A stretch of DNA of 64,000 nucleotides, taken from contig CAVPVX010000004.1 of NCBI GenBank assembly GCA_963709345.1, forward strand, positions 64,001 through 128,000, in the 5' to 3' direction. The translations under genes and the position numbers were made by a program. Below are positions 19,634-28,603 of the stretch, piece by piece. The notes below the pieces were generated by a model. That model saw nothing but the letters and a program-made list of their open reading frames with translations. It was not told the origin of the DNA and made no database searches. Source of the DNA: an uncultured Actinomycetes bacterium (GTDB taxonomy: Bacteria > Actinomycetota > Thermoleophilia > UBA2241). Each line of letters begins with the position of its first letter. The first letter of the stretch is position 1.

Positions 19634-19787
19634 GGCTCCTCCACATCGGGACCGTCGACAAGCATAGCGACTCCCCGCTCCCCGGCAAGGGGGGCGGTTC
19701 CGCCTCGCGCCACGCGGGGTGCCTCGCGCCCTCCCGCTCCGGTAGGGTAACGGCGTATCGCTGTGGGGCCGGTCGAGAGGAGTCCGA

Positions 19788-21128
19788 GTGAACGCGTCCA
19801 GAGCGGATCCGCGCGCTGACGACGCGGTCGCGAGCGAGAACGGCGACGGTGGCGTGCGCATGCGGCGCGCTCGTCGGTCGGGCATGCGGGAGCGAATCGT
19901 CTTACTCGTCTGCGCGGCCGTCATCGCGCTGCACCTGGCCCTCGCCGCATTCGTGTTCGTCCGCCCCGGGGTCGCCCGGACGGACCACCTGCTCGCGGCC
20001 GTCGTCCCGGTCGCCATTCTCCTGCTCGCCGTCGACCTCTGGCCGCGAATGGTCGCGGGACTCCGCGCCGCTCTCTCGCTCGGCTTCGGCATCCTCGCGC
20101 TGGTGACCGGCGGCGTGGCGGTCTTCGCCGCCCGCGCCGAGGGTGTCGCCGCGACACACATCACCGGCGCGCTACTCGTGCCGGCCGGCGCCGTTCTGGT
20201 CGGAATGGGCGTGTGGCTGCTCTGGGTCTCGCGAAGGCGGGGCGGCCGGCTGTGGCGGACGATCGTGCGCCGCGCCTTGCTCGCGATCGCGGCGCTGTTC
20301 GTGTTCTACTCCGTGCTCTTGCCGGCGAGCATCGCGATCGTGGCCACCGAGCGGCCCAGTGAGACCGTGGAGGCGGCCGATCTGGGCCGGCCGAAGCAGG
20401 ACGTCACGCTTGTGACCAGCGATGGCCTCATGCTGAGCGCCTGGTACGTGCCGCCGGAGAACGGCGCCGTCGTCATCACCTTCCCCCGCACCTGGACCAT
20501 TGAGCACGCGCGCATGCTGGTGCGTAGCGGCTACGGTGTGCTGCTGGTCGACCCGCGCGGGTACGGGCGCAGCGAAGGCGACCCCAATGCCTACGGCTGG
20601 GGCTCTACCCGCGACATCGACGCCGCCGCCGCGTGGTTGCGACACCGTCCGGAGGTCAAGAAGCGACGCATCGGCGGTCTCGGACTCTCGGTAGGCGGCG
20701 AACAGATGATCGAGGCGGCCGCCGGTAACTACACGCTCAAAGGCGTGGTCAGCGAGGGCGCCGGGATCCGCTCGGTCCGCGAGACGTTCGTGCGCCGGGG
20801 CGTGAGCCCCCTGGAGCTGCTCCTTCAGTTTCCCCAGGATCTCGCGCAGACGGTGTCCGTGTGGCTCCTCGGCAGCCAGGCTCCGCCGCCGTCGCTCGAG
20901 GATGAGGCCGCCCGGATCACCCCGCGAGCCGTCTTCTTCATCTACGGCGAGAACGGCCAGGAGATCGAGGCGGCGGTCAACCCGGCCTACTACGCCGCCG
21001 CCGGTCAGCCCAAGGAGATCTGGATGGTGCCCGGCGCGGGCCACACCGGCGGCATCGACGCGCAGCCGGAGGAGTACGAGCGGCGCGTGATCGAGTTCTT
21101 CGACCGGTCCCTGCTCGGCCAGGAGTAG
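19788..21128 (+). CDS. Membrane-bound alpha/beta hydrolase
   Basis: About 5 N-terminal TM helices; DPRGYGRSEG, GLSVGG, PGAGHTG. Confidence 0.85.
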   Translation: MNASRADPRADDAVASENGDGGVRMRRARRSGMRERIVLLVCAAVIALHLALAAFVFVRPGVARTDHLLAAVVPVAILLLAVDLWPRMVAGLRAALSLGFGILALVTGGVAVFAARAEGVAATHITGALLVPAGAVLVGMGVWLLWVSRRRGGRLWRTIVRRALLAIAALFVFYSVLLPASIAIVATERPSETVEAADLGRPKQDVTLVTSDGLMLSAWYVPPENGAVVITFPRTWTIEHARMLVRSGYGVLLVDPRGYGRSEGDPNAYGWGSTRDIDAAAAWLRHRPEVKKRRIGGLGLSVGGEQMIEAAAGNYTLKGVVSEGAGIRSVRETFVRRGVSPLELLLQFPQDLAQTVSVWLLGSQAPPPSLEDEAARITPRAVFFIYGENGQEIEAAVNPAYYAAAGQPKEIWMVPGAGHTGGIDAQPEEYERRVIEFFDRSLLGQE

Positions 21129-21167
21129 CTGCGCTCGCCCGGCCGGGTCGCCCTCGAGCGCCCGGTC

Positions 21168-21950
21168 CTACCGGGGCAGACGGCCCTCGATGCGGCTGGC
21201 GAGGTAGCCGACGGAGTTGAACGCGGTGTGCGTGAGCCACGGCGCCAGCACACTGCCGGAGCGGAGGCGCAGGAAGCAGAAGAAGGCGCCGGCGACGCCG
21301 GTGGTGAGCACGATGAAGGCGACGGCGCCGGCCTGCAGGACGAGACTGTCCGCCGCGGCGGCCGCGCCGGGGTTGGTATCCAGAGAGCTCAGCGTCGGCA
21401 GCACGTGCCAGAAGCCGAACACGGCGGAGCTCATGAGGACGGCGACCCACGGTCGGTGACGCTGCAGGTAGAGACCGAGGAGGCCGCCGCGGAAGATGAG
21501 CTCCTCGGCCAGCGCCGTGCCGAAGGGGATGCGGAGAAGGAGCGTGTAGGCGGCCTCCGCCGTGCTCGCGCCGACGATCGTGGCGTCGCGGAAGAACTCC
21601 CGCGTCCACGGGATCGCCAGCCCGACCGTCACGACCGCGGCGATGGGGATCACCGTGAGCGCTCCCAGTCGCAGTCCGCTCCTCATGAGGTCGCGGGCGA
21701 GACCGAGGTCGCGCCAGGTCACGCCGGAGCGTCTGAGCGCGATCAGACCGAGGCCGGCGACCGCAAGGTTGACCGGCACGTACAGGAAGCCGGGGACGAC
21801 GCGGGCGATGAGCACGCCGTAGCCGAGGACCACGGCCGCGGCGCCGAGCTCCAGCGCGAGACCGCCCGGAGGTCGGCGGGGGGCTGCGCCGGGAAGCGCC
21901 GGGCCGGCTTCGCCCGCCGGCTCCTCCTCACTACTCGATCGCGTACTCAT
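21168..21950 (-). CDS. CPBP (CAAX/Abi) intramembrane metalloprotease
   Basis: AEELIFRG, FGFWH, HTAFN motifs. Confidence 0.9.
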   Translation of the reverse strand: MSTRSSSEEEPAGEAGPALPGAAPRRPPGGLALELGAAAVVLGYGVLIARVVPGFLYVPVNLAVAGLGLIALRRSGVTWRDLGLARDLMRSGLRLGALTVIPIAAVVTVGLAIPWTREFFRDATIVGASTAEAAYTLLLRIPFGTALAEELIFRGGLLGLYLQRHRPWVAVLMSSAVFGFWHVLPTLSSLDTNPGAAAAADSLVLQAGAVAFIVLTTGVAGAFFCFLRLRSGSVLAPWLTHTAFNSVGYLASRIEGRLPR

Positions 21951-23586
21951 CGATCAACTGCTGCAGGCGGTCGGTGTCGGCGTCCGTCCAGCCGGGCGGC
22001 TGCGCCAGTCGCGCCCACGCCGACACCATCATGTTGCCGTAGTTGTGGCCGTGGCCGTTGGGCACCCCGGTGCCGTGGAACTGGTCTACCGTGACCTGCA
22101 CGAACGACACGATCGGGAACCAGACGGACTTGGCGCTGACGTCTGGCCCGCGGGGCTCGGCGAGCCAGTCGGGCCGGCTCCAGAGGATGCTCCAGTACCA
22201 CCACACGATGGGGTCGGAGGCGTGCTGAAGGTAGAGGATGCGAGGCGTTGTCCACGGTCCCGGCGGGTTGGCGTAGTCAGGCGGAGACGCGGCGAAGCGG
22301 GCGCCCCGGCCTTCGCCGACCACGGGCTGCCACTCGGGGCTGCCGGCGTCGCGGCCGCGCACGACTGAGCGCCACAGCGTCGTGTCGTTCGGTGTGCCGA
22401 TGAAGACCGCGCCGTCCGTCCGTGAGCGCAGATCGCCGAGACTGCCGAAGGCGGCCTGCTGGGCGAAGGACCCAAGGCTGAGCCCGTAGGCGAGCAGCCT
22501 CGGCCGCTCGTCGTCCGGCAGCTGCGCCCAGCGTTCGTGCACGGCTTCGAAGAGCGCCTGCCCGGCATCTTCGGCGCGCTGCTTGTCGACGAGGAACGAG
22601 ATCCAGCTGGGCAGGTACGAGTACTGGATCGTCGCCAGCGCCGTGTCGCCGTTCCACAGGTACTCGACGGAGTTGCTCGACTGCGGCTCGATCCATCCGG
22701 TGCCGGTGGTCCCCATCACGACGAGGATCTCGCGCGAGAAGGCTTTGGTCCGCTCGAGCTCTTGCACCGCGAGGGCGGCGCGCGCCTCTGCCGTCGGCGC
22801 GCTGTCGAGGCCCACGTAGACGCGGATCGGTTCCTTCGCCGACTCTCCGTTGAACTCCTCGAGGCTGGCCGCGTCCGGGCCGCGGCCGATGAAGTTGCGG
22901 CCCTGGAAGCCGAGCGACTCCCAGGTGACGAGCGAGCCCGGACCACCGGAACGGAGCGGGCTCGTCGGCTGAGTCACGCCGGGCGCGGTACTGGCGTTCG
23001 TCGTGTCGTACAGGCTGTCGGCGAGGTTCTTGGAGAATCGGAGCCCGAGGCCGAAGAGGATGAGAAGCGGCAGCGCGATGAGGACGGCGCCACAGACGAG
23101 CGCGACCGTCCTCGGCAGCTTGTGTGCAAGCAGTCTGGCGATGCTGCGCGCGGCTGCCCGCAGAAGCCGCGCGATCGCCAGCAAGACGAGCCAGATCAAC
23201 GCCGCGAGTGGCAGAGCGGCGAACGCTCCCCACGCCGAGACGGGGTCGAGCGTCATGAGCTCGCGCGCCTGGTTGTTCCACACGCCGCTCGTGTAGGTGG
23301 CGCCCGCGACGAAGACGACGGCGGTCGCGGCCAGCGTGAGCCAGGCGATGCGGCGGCCGCGCCGGGAGGGGCGCCACTGCGCGGCGCCGGCGCCGGCCCA
23401 GAAGAGCAGCGCGCCGAGGCCGTACCCTGCGGAAAACGAGACGCCGCTGACGAGACCCTGCAGCAGCCAGTCGCGCGGCAGGAGCGTCGGCGTCAGGGAG
23501 AAGCCCAGGAAGACGAGTGCGAGCACGACCCCCCCGAAGCTGAGCGGGGCGAGGAGCTTGCTGCGTGTGGGGCGACCGGCAGGCAT
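21931..23586 (-). CDS. Abhydrolase_9 family membrane alpha/beta hydrolase
   Basis: SLTPTLLPRDW, WESLGFQGR, PIRVYVG, TTGTGW, QYSYLPSW, GLSLG, QHASDP, GHGHNY. Confidence 0.9.
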   Translation of the reverse strand: MPAGRPTRSKLLAPLSFGGVVLALVFLGFSLTPTLLPRDWLLQGLVSGVSFSAGYGLGALLFWAGAGAAQWRPSRRGRRIAWLTLAATAVVFVAGATYTSGVWNNQARELMTLDPVSAWGAFAALPLAALIWLVLLAIARLLRAAARSIARLLAHKLPRTVALVCGAVLIALPLLILFGLGLRFSKNLADSLYDTTNASTAPGVTQPTSPLRSGGPGSLVTWESLGFQGRNFIGRGPDAASLEEFNGESAKEPIRVYVGLDSAPTAEARAALAVQELERTKAFSREILVVMGTTGTGWIEPQSSNSVEYLWNGDTALATIQYSYLPSWISFLVDKQRAEDAGQALFEAVHERWAQLPDDERPRLLAYGLSLGSFAQQAAFGSLGDLRSRTDGAVFIGTPNDTTLWRSVVRGRDAGSPEWQPVVGEGRGARFAASPPDYANPPGPWTTPRILYLQHASDPIVWWYWSILWSRPDWLAEPRGPDVSAKSVWFPIVSFVQVTVDQFHGTGVPNGHGHNYGNMMVSAWARLAQPPGWTDADTDRLQQLIDEYAIE

Positions 23587-23704
23587 TCTCGCTATTCTGT
23601 CGTACTTGGGTGCACGGCGACAGCCCGGAGCCGGGCGGCGTTCGTGCCCGCCGGCGTGAAGCGCTCGCGGTCGCCGCCCTCGCCGCCGATGGGATGATGG
23701 ACCA

Positions 23705-24586
23705 ATGAGCAGCCCCGACGACAGACGGACTCCCTGGAAGCGCCGGCCGCGGAAGCGGCGACTCACGGTGTCAGGCGCGCTTCTTGCTACCACCACGCTG
23801 CTCGCCGGCCTGCTCGTCGCAGCGTGCGCCTGCGGCGAGGCCCAGGTCGTCGGTTCTTCGCCGGGCTCCGGCTCGTCCGGCGCGCTCGCTTCGCCGTCCT
23901 CGTCGGTAACTCCTTCGGAGGCGGCCGCCTCGCCGTCGCCCAGCCCCACTCCGCCACCGCTCGACAAGCCGACGAAGAAGGATCCGCTGCGCGTGTACTT
24001 CGGCGGCGACTCCCTGGCGGGCATGCCCGGGGTCATGCTGCAACAGTTGACCGCGAAGAACGGGCTCGCCAGGGTGCGGCCCGACTACGTCGTCTCGTCG
24101 CGGCTCACCTACGACGACCCTGTGGATTGGCCGGCGCGCGTCAAGCAGCAGATGGCCGCCGGGCGCACCGACGTCGGCGTCTTCATGATCGGCAGCAACG
24201 ACACCGGCATGCCGATGCTCGTGAACGGTGAATCGACCTGGTACCCGAAGAAGAAGTGGCTTGAGGAGTACGAGCGCCGCGCCATGAGGATCGCCGTCAT
24301 CATGCTGCGCGGCGGCGCGGAGCGCGTGTACTGGGTCGGGATGCCCATCATGCCGAACGGCGAGGAGTCGGCCAAGATACGTAAGCTCAACGAGTTGTTC
24401 GAGAACGTCGCCCGTCGCAGCCCGGACGTGGTCTACGTCGACAGCTACGAGCTTCTGTCGAAGAAGAACGGCGACTTCAACGCCGCGTTGCGCAGCGGCG
24501 ACGGCGTGCACTACACGAACGAGGGAGCCCAGGTAGTCGCCGAGGCCGTCTGGGAGGCGATCAAGCGCGACTGGCAGGCCCGGTAG
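23705..24586 (+). CDS. DUF459-like SGNH/GDSL hydrolase (lipoprotein)
   Basis: GGDSLA, IGSND, VYWVGMP, DGVHY; signal peptide with Cys. Confidence 0.85.
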   Translation: MSSPDDRRTPWKRRPRKRRLTVSGALLATTTLLAGLLVAACACGEAQVVGSSPGSGSSGALASPSSSVTPSEAAASPSPSPTPPPLDKPTKKDPLRVYFGGDSLAGMPGVMLQQLTAKNGLARVRPDYVVSSRLTYDDPVDWPARVKQQMAAGRTDVGVFMIGSNDTGMPMLVNGESTWYPKKKWLEEYERRAMRIAVIMLRGGAERVYWVGMPIMPNGEESAKIRKLNELFENVARRSPDVVYVDSYELLSKKNGDFNAALRSGDGVHYTNEGAQVVAEAVWEAIKRDWQAR

Positions 24587-24622
24587 GGTCGGCCGCTGTT
24601 CGTGCGGCGGTACCATGTGCCC

Positions 24623-25840
24623 ATGGATCGGGTGACACGGAACTCGCGGCGCCGCCGGGCCCGTCGGCGCGGCTTCGTCGCGCTCGCGGTGCTCGCGGCG
24701 CTCGCGCTCGTTGCGGGTCTCGCCGTGGCGCGGGCCGTCTCCGAGCCGCCACAGGGCGCCGCGTCATCGGGCGACGCGAGGGGCGCCGTCACCGGCGCCA
24801 CTGCAGGCCCCGTCGCTTCTCCGGCGAGCGGCTCGCCCACCTCCTCCGTCTCGCCGTCTGCGTCGCCCTCGGAGCCGCCGCCCGTGCACGTCGTCAGCGG
24901 CGGTGACGTCATGCCCGACCGCGGGCCCAGGGCTTACGCGGAGGCCCACGGCAGCGACGCTGTGCTCGCCGGCATCGCCCGCGTGCTCGGCAAGGGCGAC
25001 GCCGCCTGGGTCAATCTCGAGGGGCCGCTCACGAGGACCGGCACGCCGTGGCCGGACAAGACCTACATCTTCCGCGGTCCGCCGGGGATGGCGCCGGCGC
25101 TCCGCCGCGCCGGCGTCGACATCGTGACGCTGGGCAACAATCACGCCGTCGACTACGGGCGCTCAGCGCTCAAAGACAGCATCAAGCTTCTGGAGAAGGC
25201 CGGCGTGCAGGTCGTCGGCGCCGGCCACGACGCCGCCGACGCGCGCGAGCCGGCGATCGTCACGACCGCGTCCGGAGCCACGATCGGTTTTCTCGCCTGG
25301 AACGACGCGTGGTGGCCCGGGTTCGCCGCCACGACGGACAAGGCGGGGGTGGCCGAGGCCTTCGCCGACGTCGGCCGGATGAAGCGCGACATCCGCACGC
25401 TGGCGAAGCGCGTCGACTATGTGGTCGTCGGCTACCACTGGGGGATCGAGCACGAGCACTACCCGATCGCCCAGCAGACGAAGGAGGCGCGCGCCGCCGT
25501 CGACGCCGGAGCCGACCTCGTCATCGGCCACCACCCGCATGTGCTGCAGGGAGTCGAGGTCTACAAGCGCGGGATCATCTTCTACAGCCTCGGCGACCTC
25601 GTCTTCGACCACTACAGCGTCGAGACCGGGCAGACCGTGCTGGTCGACGCCGTGCTCACCCCGCGCGGCGTGACGGCGACGCTCGTGCCCGCCTACGCCT
25701 CGAGCCAGGGCATCCCCAGCATCCAGCACGGCGCCGCCGGCAGGACCATCCTGGCGCTGGTGAAGCAGTACTCGCAGCCCTTCGGCACCAAGGTGACCAT
25801 CAAGGGCGACACGGCGACGGTGCGGGCCGGCGGGAAGTAG
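24623..25840 (+). CDS. CapA/PGA_cap family metallophosphatase-like protein
   Basis: GDVM, NLEGP, LGNNHAVDYG, HWGIE, GHHPHVLQ, YSLGD. Confidence 0.9.
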   Translation: MDRVTRNSRRRRARRRGFVALAVLAALALVAGLAVARAVSEPPQGAASSGDARGAVTGATAGPVASPASGSPTSSVSPSASPSEPPPVHVVSGGDVMPDRGPRAYAEAHGSDAVLAGIARVLGKGDAAWVNLEGPLTRTGTPWPDKTYIFRGPPGMAPALRRAGVDIVTLGNNHAVDYGRSALKDSIKLLEKAGVQVVGAGHDAADAREPAIVTTASGATIGFLAWNDAWWPGFAATTDKAGVAEAFADVGRMKRDIRTLAKRVDYVVVGYHWGIEHEHYPIAQQTKEARAAVDAGADLVIGHHPHVLQGVEVYKRGIIFYSLGDLVFDHYSVETGQTVLVDAVLTPRGVTATLVPAYASSQGIPSIQHGAAGRTILALVKQYSQPFGTKVTIKGDTATVRAGGK

Positions 25841-25961
25841 GGCAGGGGGCGGACGAGCCGCATCTCGGATCGGCCTGCCGTCCGCAGGCCACCGCATCCG
25901 TCGCCGGCGCCCGTCGCATCGCCGGCGCCACCATACCTCGCGTCGCCTGGCCGTGGTCCTC

Positions 25962-26450
25962 TCACGCGTGGTGCCCGTCCTGCGCGGTGATCCGGCGCGC
26001 GAGCATCCAGGCGACCAGGTGAATGAGGATGACGATGTTGAGGACGAGCCCGACGACGGCGGCCTCGGCCCAGACGGCGCACAGAGCCAGTGAGAGCAGC
26101 GTGGCGGCGAAGGCGAGCGGCAGCCACCAGGAGCGCTCAAGGACGATGCCGGCCGCCGCGAAGAAGAAGAGGCCGAGGGCGACGACCCAGAGGACGCCGA
26201 GCGCGCTCATCGCCGCCGACCCCGGTGTGCTGGCGGCGAGAAGCGTCGACGTGTTCTCGACAGGTGTGTCGCCGAGACCGAAGATCCCGGCGACGCCCAC
26301 GGCGTGGGCGAACCCGTGGAGAGCGAACAGGCCCGCGACGAGCAGCGCTCCCGCGCGGGCCAGCCTGGCGCCGGTCGAGCGGCGCGCGCCGGAGTGACTC
26401 CGCATCGCGTTCCCGATGCCGGCATCGATGGTTGTGGTGAACTCGCTCAA
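25962..26450 (-). CDS. Hypothetical 4-TM membrane protein
   Basis: AGGAGGAG RBS; LHGFAH motif; hydrophobic helices; divergent from TetR. Confidence 0.65.
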   Translation of the reverse strand: MSEFTTTIDAGIGNAMRSHSGARRSTGARLARAGALLVAGLFALHGFAHAVGVAGIFGLGDTPVENTSTLLAASTPGSAAMSALGVLWVVALGLFFFAAAGIVLERSWWLPLAFAATLLSLALCAVWAEAAVVGLVLNIVILIHLVAWMLARRITAQDGHHA

Positions 26451-26474
26451 GACTCCTCCTTGCGAAGCGGTGTT

Positions 26475-26523
26475 TTACAGTGTAATCTTACGCCGTAAGA
26501 AGGGTAGGTCTTACGCTGTAAGA
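26475..26523. promoter_or_regulatory. Three palindromic TTAC-N3-GTAA operators (likely TetR sites)
   Basis: TTACagtGTAA 26475-85, TCTTACgccGTAAGA 26486-500, TCTTACgctGTAAGA 26509-23. Confidence 0.75.
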
Positions 26524-26572
26524 TGTCAACTCTGCTTCTCGTCGTCACTGGGAAGCCGATGCAGGAGGTCCG

Positions 26573-27196
26573 ATGGCCGACGTGAGCGGATCGCGCGCCC
26601 AACTGAGCCGTGAGCGCATCACTGAGGCTGCGCTCGAACTGGTCGAGGAGCGCGGCATCAATGGTCTCACCATGCGCGGCCTGGGTGTGCGCCTCGGCGT
26701 CGAGGCGATGGCCATCTATCACTACTTCCCGAGCAAGGAGGCGTTGCTCCGGGCGGTCGGCGAGATCGGGCGCGACATCGAGACGACGTTCGCGGCGTTC
26801 TTCGACGACATGAGCGCGAGCGGCGCGTCTGCCGCCGACGTCGTGATCGCCCTCGGTCTGCGCTACATCGAGTTCGCCGAGATGCACCCGGCGCAGTTCA
26901 CGCTCCTGTTCAACACGCTGCCGATCCCGATCGCCACCTGGGAGGAGTTCATGAGCGCGCCGACCACCTTCCGCATCCCGCAGCGCGCGGTGCAAGCCGG
27001 CATCGATGCCGGGGAGTTCCATCCGCGCCCCGGGTACGGCCGGGACGAGATGGCCTACAATCTGTGGGCGCTGGTCCACGGCCTCGCGGTGCTTCGTCAG
27101 ACACGGCTGCGCTCCCTCGATGCCGACTACGACACTCTGCACCGGTCCCTGCTCGGTGCGCTGGTCGAGCAGTTCTCGCGGGAGGAACCGGTGTGA
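26573..27196 (+). CDS. TetR/AcrR family regulator
   Basis: HTH LTMRGLGVRLGVEAMAIYHYFPSKEAL; WHG-type C-terminus LWALVHGLA. Confidence 0.92.
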   Translation: MADVSGSRAQLSRERITEAALELVEERGINGLTMRGLGVRLGVEAMAIYHYFPSKEALLRAVGEIGRDIETTFAAFFDDMSASGASAADVVIALGLRYIEFAEMHPAQFTLLFNTLPIPIATWEEFMSAPTTFRIPQRAVQAGIDAGEFHPRPGYGRDEMAYNLWALVHGLAVLRQTRLRSLDADYDTLHRSLLGALVEQFSREEPV

Positions 27197-28548
27197 AGGC
27201 CCTGGTGATCTCCGGATTCGGGCTGGACGAGGAGCGCGGTCCTGCCGCGCTCGCCGCGCTCCGGGACTCGCTCGAGGCGCGCGGCCTGGACGTCGACGTC
27301 GTCGACGCGGTGGCCGCGAAGGTGAGCGCCTGCGTCGGCTGCGGCAGCTGCGGGCTCAAGACGCCCGGGCGCTGCGTGGTCAAGGACGACATGCAGGCGA
27401 TCTACCCCCGGCTCGTGGCCTGTGACGTGCTCGTGCTCGCCGGGCCGGTCAGCTTCGGCGCCCACTGCTACCCGGTCAAGAAGATCGTCGATCGTTTGCA
27501 GCCGTTCATGCAGTCGCTGTACACGAAGCGGAACGGAGAGCTGAAGTTCCGGCCGCGCTACCCGCACCGCGCAGCATGGATGGGCGTGGGGCTGGTGGTC
27601 GGGGACGATCCGCAGCGCGAGGAGCAGACGGCGGCGTTCCGGCTGCTCATCGAGCGCCACGCCGTCAACGTGGCCGCGCCCGCTCAGGCCGCCGCCGTCT
27701 TCGGCGGCGACGATGTCGAGGCGGCGCGACTCGAGCTGGACCAGGCGCTCGACGTCGTGTGCGGAGCGGCCGGCGGGGCGACCGCGACGACGACGGCCGC
27801 CGGGTCGCGGCGCGCGGCCCGCGCCGCCGCAGCGGCCGTCCGTCCGGCCGCGACCGGCGCCGGCCCGGCCGGCCGCGTGCTCGTGATCCAGGGCAGTCCG
27901 CGAAAGAGGGCGAACACACGGGCGATCGTCGCCGCCCTGGAGGTCGAGCTGCGGCGTCTCGGGACGAGCGTGGACGTGTTCCACGTACCGGCGAAGGGCG
28001 CCGGGCAGGACGACCTCAGTGAGCTGCAGCGGAAGCTGCGGGCGAGCGAGGCCGTCGTCCTCGCGGCGCCGCTCTACATCGACGGCCTGCCGCCGGTCAC
28101 CCAGCTGCTGCTGGAGCAACTGGCGGCGCGGCGCGCAGAGATCGGCGACCGTGCGTCGCGCGTGTACGGGCTCGCGCACTCCGGCTTCCCCGAGCCCATC
28201 CAGCGCGAGACGGAGCTGCGGACGATGGCGCTCTTCGCCGGCGCCATGGGATGGGTCTGGCAGGGAGGCGTCGGCTTCGGCGGCACGTCGCCGATCGACG
28301 GCCGCCCGCTCGACGAGGCCGGGATGTTCTCGAAGCACCTCCGGCGCTGCCTTCCGCACGTGGCCGCCGACATCGCCGCCGGCGGACCCTTCTCGGAGGC
28401 GACGGTGAGGCTCTGCGACAAGCCGCCGTTCGCCGTCCCGCTGTGGCTCATGATCCGGGTCGTCAACCGGGGAGCGCGCAAGGCCGCTCGCGAGAGCGGC
28501 GTCGAGCTCGAGGGGCTGCCGTACGCGGCGGCCGGCGCGGGGCGCTAG
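27193..28548 (+). CDS. Tandem flavodoxin-fold protein (iron-sulfur flavoprotein / FMN reductase-like)
   Basis: GTGA overlap with TetR; CVGCGSC..TPGRCVVKDDM in domain 1; IQGSPRKRANT..APLYIDGLP in domain 2. Confidence 0.82.
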   Translation: MKALVISGFGLDEERGPAALAALRDSLEARGLDVDVVDAVAAKVSACVGCGSCGLKTPGRCVVKDDMQAIYPRLVACDVLVLAGPVSFGAHCYPVKKIVDRLQPFMQSLYTKRNGELKFRPRYPHRAAWMGVGLVVGDDPQREEQTAAFRLLIERHAVNVAAPAQAAAVFGGDDVEAARLELDQALDVVCGAAGGATATTTAAGSRRAARAAAAAVRPAATGAGPAGRVLVIQGSPRKRANTRAIVAALEVELRRLGTSVDVFHVPAKGAGQDDLSELQRKLRASEAVVLAAPLYIDGLPPVTQLLLEQLAARRAEIGDRASRVYGLAHSGFPEPIQRETELRTMALFAGAMGWVWQGGVGFGGTSPIDGRPLDEAGMFSKHLRRCLPHVAADIAAGGPFSEATVRLCDKPPFAVPLWLMIRVVNRGARKAARESGVELEGLPYAAAGAGR

Positions 28549-28603
28549 CCGGTGTGGCGGTGCGGGGCGCCGCTCACGGGTGGGCGTCACCCGTATGTGG
28601 CCG

